This document shows, in pieces, positions 1 to 13,319 of a stretch of DNA of 64,000 nucleotides. The stretch is from Octopus sinensis (taxonomy: Eukaryota): positions 3,720,001 to 3,784,000 of the forward strand of contig NC_042999.1 of the NCBI RefSeq assembly GCF_006345805.1, in the 5' to 3' direction. Within the stretch, counting starts at the first letter, position 1. Each line of letters begins with the position of its first letter. The notes under the pieces are model-generated. The model was not told where the DNA came from. It was given only the letters and a program-made list of their open reading frames with translations, and ran no database searches. The position numbers were made by a program, and so were the translations under genes.

Positions 1-240
1 TCAAGAAACTTTTTTCACGCTAAGGGTTGCTGAAACATGGAACAAACTGCCGGCATCAGTTGTTAGTTATTGGAGCACTTCATTCTTCAAAACTTCCATG
101 CTTCCTGAGATTTGCCAACACTACACCTGACTCATGTATCTGACTCATACACTGTTCACTTCCCAGACATTTGTACGTCAAGACACATGCTTTATATGCA
201 CTTTTGACAAGTTGTGGTGCACCTGAACACTGTATATAAT
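1..240 (+). mobile_element. CR1-type LINE 3' fragment
   Basis: From nt 11 reads FFTLRVAETWNKLPASVVS, the typical CR1 ORF2 C-terminal motif (F..RV...WN.LP). Confidence 0.6.
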
Positions 241-3090
241 AATTTCATTATTATAATAAAGTTGTATCTATACTTTTTTCCCAAGCACTGAGGCAAGAAC
301 TTATTACTATAAACTCAGATATATGATATATTTCAAAATTACAGAAAAACTAGGAGTAGTTTCTGTGACAAGCATAGAAACTCTTGCTTCCATATTATTC
401 ACCCAGCTCTGCCATTCATTGCATATCTTTACATAGTAAAAGTCTTTAGAATTCTGAAATCATGATGGCTGTTGTGCTTGCTTGTCTAGTTTATATGTAA
501 AACCAAGTGTTACATGTAAGTGTGAAGTTGTGTTTGTTAGAATAGCTTATATGTTACCTGAGTGTTATATTACAGGCATATATTTCAGTTTTGGTTAGAT
601 ATCTTCATAGAAATCATCAGGTGACAAAATAATATGTTTTAAGTCTGCCGCAGATAAGATATATATCGCAGAATGAAGGAAATCATATAAGACTAGTTTT
701 CAGTTTATCTCTCAAATGTTTTACTGCAATATCAAAACATACGTTCAATCACTGAACTAAAACTAAATAGAATTCATTTAGAAATAAACAGAAACATTTT
801 TCTTTCAATCTATATTTCTTTCTCTTTTGTAACCCCCTAAACAATGTACAAAATTCTTATGTTAGTCATTGCTTGACTCTAAGAATTTTCCATAAATTTC
901 CAATAATTGAATTTGTTACTCAGAATATTTACCATTCTACTATTCTGAAATCAACTTATTTCCTTTATGAAGAATTTTTTTTCTATTTTTCACAGATTCA
1001 GTATAATATTCTCACATTATAAATACATTCAATAATAACAGATCTCAACTGAAATTGAATTCTTAAATGATAGGGCTTGAGACATTCCGAAAAATGTATG
1101 AAATATTTAGTCATTTTTTTTTTATAAAAAAAGTATGTATTATTTTCATTATTATTTCCTACTTATTATCATCAGCATAAATATGTAAACTTTGGAAATG
1201 AAAACATTTTTTTTTTCAGACAAATCAAACTGAAAGATAACATTTTAAATAAACATTTTAAAACTGTTTTCTTTTTATTTTACCTATTGTTATATTGTTA
1301 CATACCTGAAATAGTCTCCCTCTCTATTATTTTCACTAAACATTTCTTTATCATTTTTTTTTTCTCTTTTCACTGTTTTTTTTTATGCCTCCTAAAATAT
1401 CTTTTCCATCAAGTCATGTTGTTTAGGACAGTATTCAATATGGATACAGAGCTTAAATCCAATTTGTCGACATTGCTTGTATTTGTTTCTTCATACAGTT
1501 GAAACAACAATATTATAAAAGAAAGAAAAAAGAAAGAATATTTTAGTCTGAAGCACATTTTAAGTAGTTCACTACTTTAACAATATATATTTCTGTAAGT
1601 TGCAGTGAAAGAAGATACTGAGAGCCAAAATAACTTTCCTACCATCAGCTATCATTATACAAGTAAAATTATTCAAATAATTTTAGGTTATAAACATTTC
1701 ACTTATATATAGTTTAAGTATTCAATTTTAACCTTTTCTTGACCACATTTCTGTAGAAATGCACTGCTTTTTCTTCAATTAATCTTGAAAATGAAAATGA
1801 AGAATTTCATCATTATTTACCATCAATGCTTCCCACTGGAATCGGTTGGATAGTTTGACAGGATTTAACAAATCAGACAACTGAGTTGGGTTCCGGTGTA
1901 TGTTTTAGTGTTTATTCTATGGTTGGGTGCCCCTTTCTAATACCACCCTCATTACAAAGTGTACTGGGTGCTTTTCCGCATCACTGGCACTAGTGAGATC
2001 ACCAGGTAACTCACAAGGTGAGGCCTCAATTGAGTGAGAGTGTAACGTTGAGGGAGATGACTTTATGCGAAATGTTGAGAGGCAAAGAGTAATTTAGTAG
2101 AAATAATTTTGTCGTTATTAAACAGGTGTCTGGAACATAAATTAACATGGAATTTCAAGGGAAGGTTTTAATTGAAGATCAAAAGTTTATATCACAAAAT
2201 CAAAAGGTTTTCTCAGGTGGGTTCGTGCGGAAAGAGTTAAACTTTAAATACACAGGTTATTGTGTAGAATAACTGCATGCTTTATCGTTTGCTTTTCCCC
2301 AGGTGCATAAACGTAATTATATCAGTCTTGATTGCATATCAATTGGTTATTAAATATTACTAATTGTCACTTTCCTATCATAGAGATTTCACTTTTAAAA
2401 ATTTCCAAATCAACGTGGAATTAATTATAAATCGATAATTCCATACACTATTGACACCATCTTGTCAATACACCAGAATTTAAATGAAAATTTAAATCTA
2501 AAATTTAGGTTCAACACCAACCAACAAAAAATGATTCATTATTTTAAACAGCTGTTATCTTTCCTAGTTATATTTATTGTCCACAATTTTTCTGTCATGG
2601 AATTTACATACAATATCTCCTGCCTAACACTTGCTTATTCTGCTAAAGAAGTCCTTCAGATTCTTTAATTTAATTATAATACCAAAAAAAACCTTGTAAT
2701 TTACATGAAGCATTGCATTGTGTGTAAATGAGATGTTTACAAAACCCTGTGAGCACTGCATGTGATAACTCAAAACTGAATATATAAAGCGATGTCAATG
2801 AATGTAAACAAAGAGAAAAGATATTGTATTACTTTACACAGGTTGTTTAATATTCCTATAATATTTCAGGAAAAATTTGCCTTTTCAAGTAATCCAGGAT
2901 AAAGAAATAACCAAAGAGTTCAAGCAGGCCATTATCAAGTGTTTGTGTGATGAAAAGCATTTTCCTAAAATATTTTAGGATCATTTAGGGAACCATGTAA
3001 GATAATACAAAATTCTTTCTCTTCGTTTTTCTTCATTGCCTAAGACCTCACCTGCACTCCTCAAAAATCTGAATACAGATGGTCTTTCTT

Positions 3091-3526
3091 TTATTCTTTT
3101 ACTTGTTTCAATCATTTGATTGTGGCCATGCTGGAGCATCGCCTTTAGTTGAACAAATCAACCCCAGGATTTATTCTTTGTAAGCCTAGTACTTATTCTA
3201 GCAGTCCCTTTTGCCGAACCGCTAAGTTATGGGGGACATAAACACACCAACATCAGCTGTCAAGCGATGGTGGGAGGGACAAACAGACGCACAAATATAC
3301 ACACACAAACACACACACACACACACATAGAGGCACACACACACATATATATATATATATACAATGAGCTTCTTTCAGTTTCCATCTACCAAATCCACTC
3401 ACAAGGCTTTGGTCAGTCCAAGGCTATAGTGGAAGACACTTGCACAAAGTGCCACGCAGTGGGAATGAACGAGGAACCATGTGGTTGGTAAGCAAGCTAC
3501 CTACTTCACAGCCACTCCTGTGCCTA
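3091..3526 (-). mobile_element. tRNA-derived SINE, family A
   Basis: Reverse complement of the ggcgcaggagtggctgtgtggtaag head, internal (TA)/(TG) tract and gactgaaacaagtaaaagag tail; >15 copies in window. Confidence 0.85.
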
Positions 3527-3835
3527 TGTTAGTCATATCTTCAGAAAGTAAAACAGAACCAATTTTACAATTTATGTAAAAGAATTTGTTTCTGAAAACA
3601 TCAAAATGTTGCAAATGCTAGAACAAACCATCTCAACCAAACGTGAATAGAAAACATCCGAGCCAATAAGTGAACCTTCATGAAGTCACATGACCTGCTA
3701 GAAATAGCAGCTAAATCTCTAACTCACATCCTATGTCACAAATGGATATACAAAAAGACAGAGTAGTCATAGTTCTAATATCATTAATAATAAATCTGCT
3801 CAAACAGAATGGTTATTATCTGATGTTCCCAGATC

Positions 3836-4234
3836 TATTCGTTTACTTGTTTCAGTCATTTGACTGTGGCCATGCTGGGGCACTGCCTTTAGTTGTGCAA
3901 ATCGACCCCAGGACTTATTCTTTGTAAGCCTAGTACTTATTCTATCAGTCTCGTTTGCTGAACCACTAAGTTACGGGGATGTAAACACACCAGCATCGGT
4001 TGTCAAGTGATGTTGGGAGGACAAACACAAACACATAAACACACACACATGTACATATATATATATTTATACGACGGGCTTCTTTCAGTTTCCGTCTACC
4101 AAATCCACTCACAAGGCTTTGGTCGGCCCGAGGCTATAGTAGAAGACACTTGCCCAAAGTGCCACGCAGTGAGACTGAACCCTGAACCATGTGGTTGGTA
4201 AGCAAGTTACTTACCACACAGCCACTCCTGCGCC
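3836..4234 (-). mobile_element. SINE family A
   Basis: Near full-length copy with the same head and tail. Confidence 0.85.
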
Positions 4235-5339
4235 GACTATTATTACCAAAGGTGAAACAACTACAGTTAGAAAATGTTACCTTAAAATTCTAAAACTACA
4301 ATAGATACGGTATATATATATTTTTTCTCAACAGATAAGAAAGGTTTCTATTCCTGTAAGTTGGCACCACTTTTAAAAAGCACAAATATATTCAACTGTT
4401 GAACACAGCTTCCACATATGTGAATGCATATCTTTCTATGGCCATTAGATTTTTAACTTGCTGGATCTGTAGATTTTCTTCTCTCTTGCTCTTTCTTTAT
4501 ACATACATATATCTACCATTTCTTTGATTGCCTCTTCTGCAAATATCCATTCATTCTCTGCAACTGATCAAGTGCAGAAACTATTTGAGTACCAAGCAGT
4601 CAAAGAAATAACAGTCTCTGTTAAGATTTCAGTTACTTTGTAAAGAAAAGGGAACAGTGATTGCATTAAATGTGCAACAAAAAACTGTGCGATTACAGCA
4701 GCATATGCAGCAGCCGACAAAAATATGTTGAATGTGTCCATTAGATTTAGAATGAGATTTTTATAACCAAAAAGAATACAGATGGGTTGAGATTGAAAGT
4801 AAATAGATACCAAAAGAGAAAAACAAAAAAAACAAGTCTGAATCAACTAATCGTGGTCTGTAATGGTAAAGATTATTTCGTTAGCACAGTGCTAATAATA
4901 ATTGGTACGATAAAAAAAAAACACACACACACACAAGGGTTTTTCCAATTCTACACATTGTTAAAAAAAATAGTCTGTTCGACATAGTTCACATCCTACA
5001 CAAGATAAAGTTAATTCAAAAGCACAACTCACATAATACACTTTTTTGCACAATTCACACTACACTTACCCCACACACTTCTTGCATGCTAAAACAACAC
5101 AACTTTACACAACACATACTCCTCAGAATAACTACCCAGTCATATAACACAACCCACATCGCACACATCTTATGCAATCACCAGCTTATATAACACAGCG
5201 TATTCATTTGAAAGTGGCAATCTGGCATAATCGTTAGTAGACCAGGTGAAATGCTGAGCAGCATTTTGTCTGTCTTTAATTTCTAAGTTCAAATTCCCCT
5301 AAGATCAACTTTCAGTACCAGTTAAACAATCTTTACATT

Positions 5340-5474
5340 ATTTACATTTGACGGATATTTGTCCTCATCTTGTTTGTTATTAACACAACATTTTTGCTAA
5401 TATACCCTCCAGCCTTCATCAGGTGTTTTGGGGAAATTTCAAACCTGAGTTCTCATTCCTAAGGTATTTTTCAA

Positions 5475-5480
<6 letters not shown>
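5340..5480 (-). mobile_element. PLE-type terminal remnant with decayed hammerhead
   Basis: Minus strand ACAC-CUGAUGA-A-GGCUG...UAGC-AAAAAUGUU-GUGU at 5383-5426; GAAA box mutated; abuts (TTA)n. Confidence 0.4.
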
Positions 5481-5535
<55 letters not shown>

Positions 5536-5932
5536 AATTAGGTCACTGCCTGGAATCGAACTTGAAATTTTGGGGTAAGTAGCCCTGTTCTTAACCCCAA
5601 GATTCTGAGTCCGATTCCAGGCCATGGCCTGAATAATAATAATAAAAAAAAAAGAGAGCACTCTATGATGGACAAGAACAAACTGCAAAAGGATGTGAGT
5701 GGAGAGAATAACAAGGAACTGTGTTGGAAAGGGAGTGAAGGAGACCCGGGAGAGGAAGAGTAATGCCAGGAGTTAGAGTGAAGGAAGGGGATAGAGCAGA
5801 TGTGGCAATGGTAGTGGGGTGAGGTGAGTAGGTGGATGCAGTGATAGGATGAGTTAGTCCACCTGGCATAAGAGCATAGGTTGGACAATCTGCTAGGGTT
5901 CAAGATATTTTATTGGCAAAATAAAGGTTTAA

Positions 5933-6598
5933 CCCTTTAGTGTTCAGATTGCTCTGTTAAATGTAATACTTTTCCTCTCAAATTGTTTTGAATTAATCAT
6001 GCATTATCTTATAGCTTTGAGGTTTCAATGATATAACTCTTTTACTCTCTTTTACTTGTTTCTGTCATTTGACTGTGGCCATACTGAAGCACCGCCTTTA
6101 GTCGAGCAAATCGACCCCAGGACTTATTCTTTGGAAGCCTAGTACTTATTCTATCAGTCTCTTTTGCTGAACCGCTACATTACGGGGACATAAACACACC
6201 ACTATCGGTTGTCAAGCGATGTTGAGGGGACAAACACAGACACACAAACATATATACACACATACATATACATATATATACATATATACAACGGGCTTCT
6301 TTCAGTTTCCATCTACCAAATCCACTCAAAAGGCTTTGGTCGGCACCAGGCTATAGTAGACGACACTTGCCCAAGGTGCCACGCAGTGGGATTGAACCCA
6401 GAACCATGTGGCTGGTAAGCAAGCTACTTACCACACAGACACTCTTGCGCCTATGATTGTTTATTTTTAGAATGTCAATGTAGGTTAGGTGTGAGTTCGA
6501 TTTCAGGCAGTGACCTGAATAATAATAATAATAATAAGTTTGAATATAAAACATGTAGAATATCTGGGCCAGATATGGCTGGTTTAAACACTAAAGGG
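5933..6598. mobile_element. piggyBac-type MITE interrupted by SINE A
   Basis: TTAA followed by CCCTTTAGTGTT at left; inverted AACACTAAAGGG at right; related copy at 24043-24617. Confidence 0.45.
6036..6452 (-). mobile_element. SINE family A
   Basis: Full-length copy. Confidence 0.85.
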
Positions 6599-6764
6599 TT
6601 GTTGTGGTGGGGTTGAGACACAATTAGGAGAGTAGATAACAAGTGGGAAGTAAATAGCAATCACAGGAGGTTAGTGAGAAAAGTTTAGTGATGAGAGAGC
6701 AGAAGGTTGATGCAGTGTGATTCCCCTTTAAATGTTTATGCATATAAATATATATACATGCAGT

Positions 6765-7030
6765 CATCATCATCATTGTTCGACCGTGGTCGAGACAATG
6801 GAATTTACCATGCTACGCCAGACTTCACGGTCCATCATGGCATTACGGAGGTCCTGTTGCTGGATGCCTGTATCCCTGGAGCTTACATCAGGGTAGGAGA
6901 GTGTGCGCTCTCTGGTATTGCGAGTAGATGGCTTCCAGAGGAGAAGAGTAGAAATTACTTCTTTTTCAGCTCTACAACAATGTCCAGCAAACTGGACTCT
7001 CCTACCTTTCACAAGAGTGTTGTGTCAATG
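6765..7030 (-). mobile_element. RTE-clade LINE 3' end
   Basis: ORF 6773-7012: RRVQFAGHCCR..LLLWKP...YPD..RDTG....L..AMMDREVWR, RTE-like C-terminus, followed by (GAT)n tail. Confidence 0.75.
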
Positions 7031-7269
7031 TCTGGTGTTTACCAGTGTTGTGTCAAAAAGTGCAACTATGCAGTTCAATAAACGGAGATCTATAAAATAA
7101 GTATCAAATTGACATAAGTACTGGCATTGATCTGATTGATTAAAATGCTTGAAGGCAGTTTCCCAGCATGGCTGCAGGTTAATGACAAAAAAAAATAAGA
7201 AGACAGAAAGAAGAAAAAACACTAAAAGTAAGTATACAGTTATTCATTGCACAATCGAATGTTATAGCT

Positions 7270-7760
7270 TGTTACCAAAGCAACAATTGTGGTCAGGTCG
7301 CTTTTGAGCGCTGCTGGTAACATGTAATCCAGTACAACCTGTCGCATGGTCAGGTCGTCGGCGACTAAACTGGCAACCCCATCAAGCTTGCTTGGTGAGG
7401 AGGGGGATTGTTGGACACCTTTTGGGACAAAAAATAAAACCTGTCAAAGGGTGGAAGTACTACTGTGTAGGCAACGGCCAATTCAACAAGTACCTTGTTG
7501 CAGTGAAGTGCCTGTGTGCTTCATTGACCCAGGGAGCTTTGCTGGAGGGAGAGAAATCTTCAGGCAGGTCTTATCAGGCCAGACAGGTTAAAGGGTAGGA
7601 GACAGACAAAATCTTAATGACAATAAATCGAAGCGTTGACAGCGGGCGTGGATTTAAATATCGGCAGGACCTAAGAGATCAGATTCCTGGCTTTGAACTA
7701 GCAGGATGTCATGCAGAAGATCTTGAATACAAGACAATGGACAAGACCCTAATATTCTTA
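7270..7760 (+). mobile_element. possible LINE (RTE-like) 5' region
   Basis: GC-richer unique block with a decayed HDV-like fold at 7317-7373; no convincing ORF. Confidence 0.3.
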
Positions 7761-7973
7761 TTTAGATGGAAACTGTAGGACCACATGGAGCAGCACCATG
7801 TGACTATGCACAACCGAAACCCCTATTGGGATGACCTACATGAGATGAGACAAAGCAACAAACGGACAGAATTGTAAGAGCATCAGAAGATAATGCCCTG
7901 TGGTATTGTATTGATTCTTTATGATCCGAGGTCAACTTTACCTGTCATCATTTCTAGTCAATAAAATAAAATA

Positions 7974-8187
7974 CCTACTTCTTTACTGCCCACAAAGGGC
8001 TACATACAGAGGGGACAGACAAATGGATTAAGTTGATTATATCAACCCCAGTGCATAACTGGTATTTATTTAATCGACCCCAAAAGGATGAAAGGCAAAG
8101 TTGACCTCGGCGGAATTTGAACTCAGAACGTAGCGGCAGACGAAATACCGCTAAGCATTTCACCCGGTGTGCTAACGTTTCTGCCAG
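7974..8187 (-). mobile_element. tRNA-derived SINE, family B
   Basis: Reverse complement of ctggcagaaacgttagcac...gagttcaaattccgccgaggtc...gtagtaaagaa. Confidence 0.8.
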
Positions 8188-9524
8188 TCAAGTACTGAGA
8201 TTGATGGGATCAATCTTACCCCTCCCCTCAAAACGACTGTCCTTGTACCTAAATCAGAATCCACTCCATCTTGCCACAAACACCATCATACCGGAAACTC
8301 TCGTGTATACTTATCTCCATCAGCCAAGATATACAAAAGGAAAGAAAAGTTATTCAATGTACCAGATGCCCAATGAATGCATTTGTTTTTATGTGTACAT
8401 ACAATCATCATAAAATGGTGATAAGCTGCCATAGAACCAAGATTTACAACCATTCTGCAGACATTTCATTGTGTTTCCTTTTAGGACACTTTAGACTCCA
8501 TTGTCTCAGTCTGGTTAGCTGGTGGGAATAGTTTCAGCAAATTTTCCTGAGCTGGTCATTCATTAATAGATAACTCTGGATCTCATAAGGTAAGCACTCG
8601 ACTATTTATTGTACACTTCCACAAGATAAATAAACATTTACTACGGGTTTTCTCAAATAAAATTATATCAGCTATTTTTATCAACTGCTCTTCCTGTGTC
8701 TCAAGAGTAACAGAGGAAGAAGCTGGAATAAAAGCTGTCCTAGAATTGACTCCCTCGCACAACTAATTTCCAGCTATGTTTAATAAATCCGCCAAACATT
8801 CAGATAAATTCTCAAGTATTTTACAGCTGCTAATTCCCACCTCCAGAGCACTTAAAACATTAATTCAATATCAGGTTTCTTGTGTACAAAGCCATTTTCT
8901 ATTCGATTGCCATCTAATAAACTAAAACCATTTTGGTTTTGTTTAGATACAGCTGAAGTAAGTAAATGAATACTCACGTCTTTCCCATCTTATTGAACTT
9001 GTTATAATAGTTATTTAACTTATTTTAGGTAACTTAAATAACTCTCATTCAGTCAAGGATTTTGGTGACTAGAGCCAAAAATTATAAGTCTACAGTTAAA
9101 CCAGTTGCCTGAATTCGAATTCCTCACAGACCATTTATTCCACAAAACATCGTATTTAGGTGTATATTAAATTGTGTATCAAATTATGATCTAGACATTC
9201 AGGTTTCATAGTAATGATATAACACATTTTATAGCGAGGTCATGCTCCCCATTAGTGTCTCGCATTGCACTTAACAGCTCAGAGCTAGGAATTCCAATGT
9301 CTTTTTACTAGTCACTTCGTTATTATAGTGACAGAGAATGAATTGTTAGCTAACTATTACCTGCATTGTACCATTTCGTACTGCATGACATGCATGTGTG
9401 TACATACACACACACACAGTGTGAGAGAAATTGTTTGTATTCCTTGCACAAATGCCAAGATCTGTTTATAATCACGTTATTGAAGAGGATTATTTAATCA
9501 TACTGAACAACTTCTTGTGGTTCA

Positions 9525-9985
9525 TCATCATCATCATCATCATCATAATTGTTTAACGCCCGCTTTCCATGCTAGCATGTGTTGGACGCTTTGACTGAGG
9601 GCTGGCAAACCAGATGGCTGCACCAGGCTCCAATCTTGATCTGGCAGAGTTTCTACAGCTGGATGCCCTTCCTAATGCCAACCACTCCGAGAGTGTAGTG
9701 AGTGATTTTTATGTGCCACCCGCACAGGGGCCAGTCAGGAAGTACTGGCAATGACCTCGCTCGAATTTTTTTATACATGCCAGTCAGGTGATGCTGGTAA
9801 TGATCACGCTCGAATGGTGCCTTTTACGTGCTACCGGCACGGAAGCCAGTTAGCTGCTCTGGCAATGATCATGCTTGGATGGTGCTCTTAGCACCCTACT
9901 AGCACGGGCACAAGTGCCAGTAAGGTGACGCTGGTAACAATCACATTCAAATGGTGCCCTTTATATGCCACTGGCATAGAAGCTG
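9525..9985 (-). mobile_element. LINE-tail/SINE family C with internal ~60-66 bp tandem units
   Basis: (CAT)n tail, ctacagctggatgcccttcctaa core and repeated tggtgcttttacgtgccaccggcac units. Confidence 0.7.
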
Positions 9986-10102
9986 GTTATGTTCATAAAA
10001 AGTTTCATCAGTGAGTTGAAATAAGGAAGGGATTCGGGTTAGAATGGTTAAAAGAATATCTGAGTATTTGACTGGTTAGCTGGACAAGTGATTTGCTTAG
10101 AT

Positions 10103-10735
10103 CAGTGGTTCTCAACCAGGGTTTGCATGGCCCTTGGGGATCCAGATAAGATTTTGTTGCTAAAATTTATCTGCAATAAATTGGTTATATTTTTACAATG
10201 TAGAAAATATTTTAATAATTATTTTTATACAATTAGAAAATTACTATTTTGTAAAATCTCGTGAGAGATATTCAGCAACACTACTTTGGAGTAAAGATTA
10301 TTTGCCAACATAACATGGCAGTCCTGGTTTTGGATGAATGTTGCTGTAATTTAGCCCCAGGAGCCATTGTCTCCAGCTAGTTATACGACACGATCTGTGT
10401 CCTTATATTTTCGAACAAGGTAATCTACTACCACCACAGATATTGTTTTGAGTTGAGTGGGGGTACTAGATTCCCTTGTTTGAAAATATAAGGACACAGA
10501 TCATGCCGTATAGCCAGCTGGAGACGCTGTCTCCTGAGGCTAAATTACAGCAACATTCCTCCTAAACCAGGGCTGCCATGTTATGTTGGCAAACAATCTT
10601 TATTTTTATACAATTTCTAATAATATTTAATTATAAAAATATAACAGGAATTTTTTAATATCAAATAGCTATGAGGGTCCATCCAAATAAAATCAAAGGA
10701 GTCCATAGGTGAAAAAAAATGGGTGAGAACCACTG
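10103..10735. mobile_element. hAT-type MITE
   Basis: TIRs CAGTGGTTCTCAACC / GGTGAGAACCACTG; 8-bp flanks gcttagat / ggttagat (7/8 TSD). Confidence 0.6.
10293..10601. repeat. foldback (palindromic) element nested in the hAT MITE
   Basis: aaagattatttgccaacataacatggc ... gccatgttatgttggcaaacaatcttt; imperfect arms of ~135 bp. Confidence 0.75.
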
Positions 10736-11276
10736 GGTTAGATAATGAGATCCATTCTCTCTGAAAGGCCTCAGCAGGTGGTTTTTGCTCTAGACTTAAT
10801 GTTATGGCTTACATGCTACTAATGACTTCCATTATGTTAATTAGCAAACAATGTTCACCCATTCTGATTCAGAAAGGATGTGAGAAGATAAGTTAAATAA
10901 GTTGAATATATTATACATAAGTGCAAGGATGGCTGTGTGGTTAAGAAGCGCTTTGGAACCACGTGGTTTTAGGTTCAGTCCCAATGCCCTGCATGTCAGG
11001 CAAGTGACTGATACTATTGCCTATGGCCAATCAATGTCTGGGAACTCTGTGGATTTCCATTATATATATGTGTGTGTGTTGGTTTGTTTACGTCTTTGTA
11101 ACAGTTCTGCAAAAGAGAGTGAAATTATAGATACCATAATAGTAACATGGCTGATTTCTTATTTTCATTTCTCCACCACCAACTGGTAAGATAATTCTTT
11201 TAACTTCATGTCGTCTGAAATTGAAAAGGCCTTTAGTCAAACGGCATTCTAGCCATGCTTATCATGACTTTTTACA

Positions 11277-11511
11277 TACCTATTTCTTTACTACCCACAA
11301 GGGGCTAAACACAGAGAGGACAAACAAGGACAGACAAATGGATTAAGTCGATTATATCGACCCCAGTGCATAACTGGTACTTATTTAATCGACCCCGAAA
11401 GGATAAAAGGCAAAGTCGACCTCAGCAGAATTTGAACTCAGAATGTTGCGGCAGGCGAAATACTGCTAAGCATTTCGCCCGGCGTGCTAACAATTCTGCC
11501 AGCTCGCCGCC
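11277..11511 (-). mobile_element. SINE family B
   Basis: Full-length copy. Confidence 0.85.
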
Positions 11512-12109
11512 TCATGACTTTTTATATACCAAGGACTCTATTATCCAATATGATCAAATTATTTTTAGACAGCAGGGTGAAACTTGAGAGAGATTTGGTT
11601 GCTATTTTAGGCAGGTCGAGTAACCATGTAGAAAGGCAGTAGAATGTTCCCTGGAGGCTTTACAGAATCTAATCCAGCACTTGGTTATTTTAACTGAAAT
11701 CTCCACTGAGATTAACTTAGCTTTCGTAGTCTTGGTGGCATAAAGTTAGGATGTGAATTGTTTATAAAACAGAACTCTACATACTTTTTCCATCTTCATA
11801 AATTTTTGTCTTTTCCTTGTATCAGTCATATGACTGCAGCCATGCTAGAGCACTGCCTTGAAGTGTTTTAGTTCAAGAAATAGGTACCATTTCATTTTCT
11901 TTGTAAGTCAGGTGTGTTTCTATTAGTCTTTTTTGTTGTTAAATTACAGGAACATAAACAAACCAACAGTAGTTGTCAAGTAGGGGTGATAAAGACAGAC
12001 ACACACACACACACACGCATGCACACACACACTTTCACACACACATGTATACAGAAGTAAATGTAGGATAAGCAAGTTAGATCATTATATACAGTATATC
12101 AAATACGGT

Positions 12110-12275
12110 GGCACATAAAAAGCACCCACTACACTCATGGAGTGGTTGGCAGTAGGAAGGGCATCCAGCTGTAGAAACTCTGCCAGATCAAGATTGGAAT
12201 CTGGTTCGCCAGCCCTCAGTCAAAATCGTCCAACCCATGCTAGCATGGAAAGCGGACATTAAACGATGGTGATGA
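12110..12275 (+). mobile_element. family C 3' end
   Basis: aggaagggcatccagctgtagaaac...aacccatgctagcatggaaagcggac followed by gatggtgatga. Confidence 0.7.
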
Positions 12276-12807
12276 AATACAAAAGATGTATGTTTACATA
12301 GAAAGAAGTCCAACTTACACAAAATACAAATGATATAGAAAATTTAAAATGTTGAAGGAAAGTATTATAAATCCAACACCTGTTTCTGGGGGCTCAGTGG
12401 TCCATGATAACGTCTGTAGGTTGATCCCAATGTTGAACTTCTGTCCTTCAACACCTCAAATGTAAGATCACTTCCCTGAAGATGGAGGTTCATCTCATCC
12501 AGTGATGGAATCAGTCTGCAAACATTATTTTGGACCACTGAGCCAGAAACAGCTGTTAGATTTGTAATACTTTTCCTCACTCTCTTTAATTTTCTATATC
12601 ATTTATATTCTGTGTAATTCAGACCTTTTTATATGTATACATATATATACGTTTCTTGTATTCCATGTATTTGATATACTTTGTATATTGACCTGTCTAA
12701 CTTGCTTGTCCTTATATTTACTTCTGCTCAAGTTTAAATCTCTTGAGCAGTACTAAGTGTATTCCATACGGGGAATATCTGATTCTCATCTGTGAAATAT
12801 ATTCTTC

Positions 12808-13020
12808 TATTCTTTTACTTGTTTCAGTCATTTTGACTGCAGCCATGCTGGAGCACCAATTTTAGTCGAACAAATCGAAGCAAGGACTTATTCTTTGTAT
12901 GCCTAGTACTTATTCTATTGGTCTCTTTTGCCAAAACGCTAAGTTATAGGGACATAAACACACCAACATCAGTTGTCAAGCAATGATGGAGAACAAACAC
13001 AAATACACACACACACACAC

Positions 13021-13065
<45 letters not shown>

Positions 13066-13227
13066 ACGGGCTTCTTTCAGTTTCTGTCTACCAAATCCAC
13101 TCACAAGGCTGTGGTCGGCCTGAGGCTATAGTAGGAGATACTTACCCAAGGTGCCATGCAGTGGGACTGAACCCGGAACCATGTGGTTGGGAAGCAAGCT
13201 TCTTACCACACAGCCACTCCTGTGCCT

Positions 13228-13228
<1 letters not shown>
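12808..13228 (-). mobile_element. SINE family A
   Basis: Full-length copy; a second partial head follows at ~13325-13476. Confidence 0.85.

Positions 13229-13319
<91 letters not shown>

Noticed and set aside
575-630. Minus-strand CUGAUGA...GAAAUAUAUG
   Set aside because: No stem II pairing, and G at cleavage position 17.
2770-2815. DVNEC peptide suggesting a calcium-binding EGF repeat
   Set aside because: Stop codon two codons upstream and no following cysteines.
4500-4590. Minus-strand SALDQLQRMNGYLQKRQSKKW resembling a PH-domain start
   Set aside because: Weak donor (GTAGAT), very short match and no supporting neighbouring exons.
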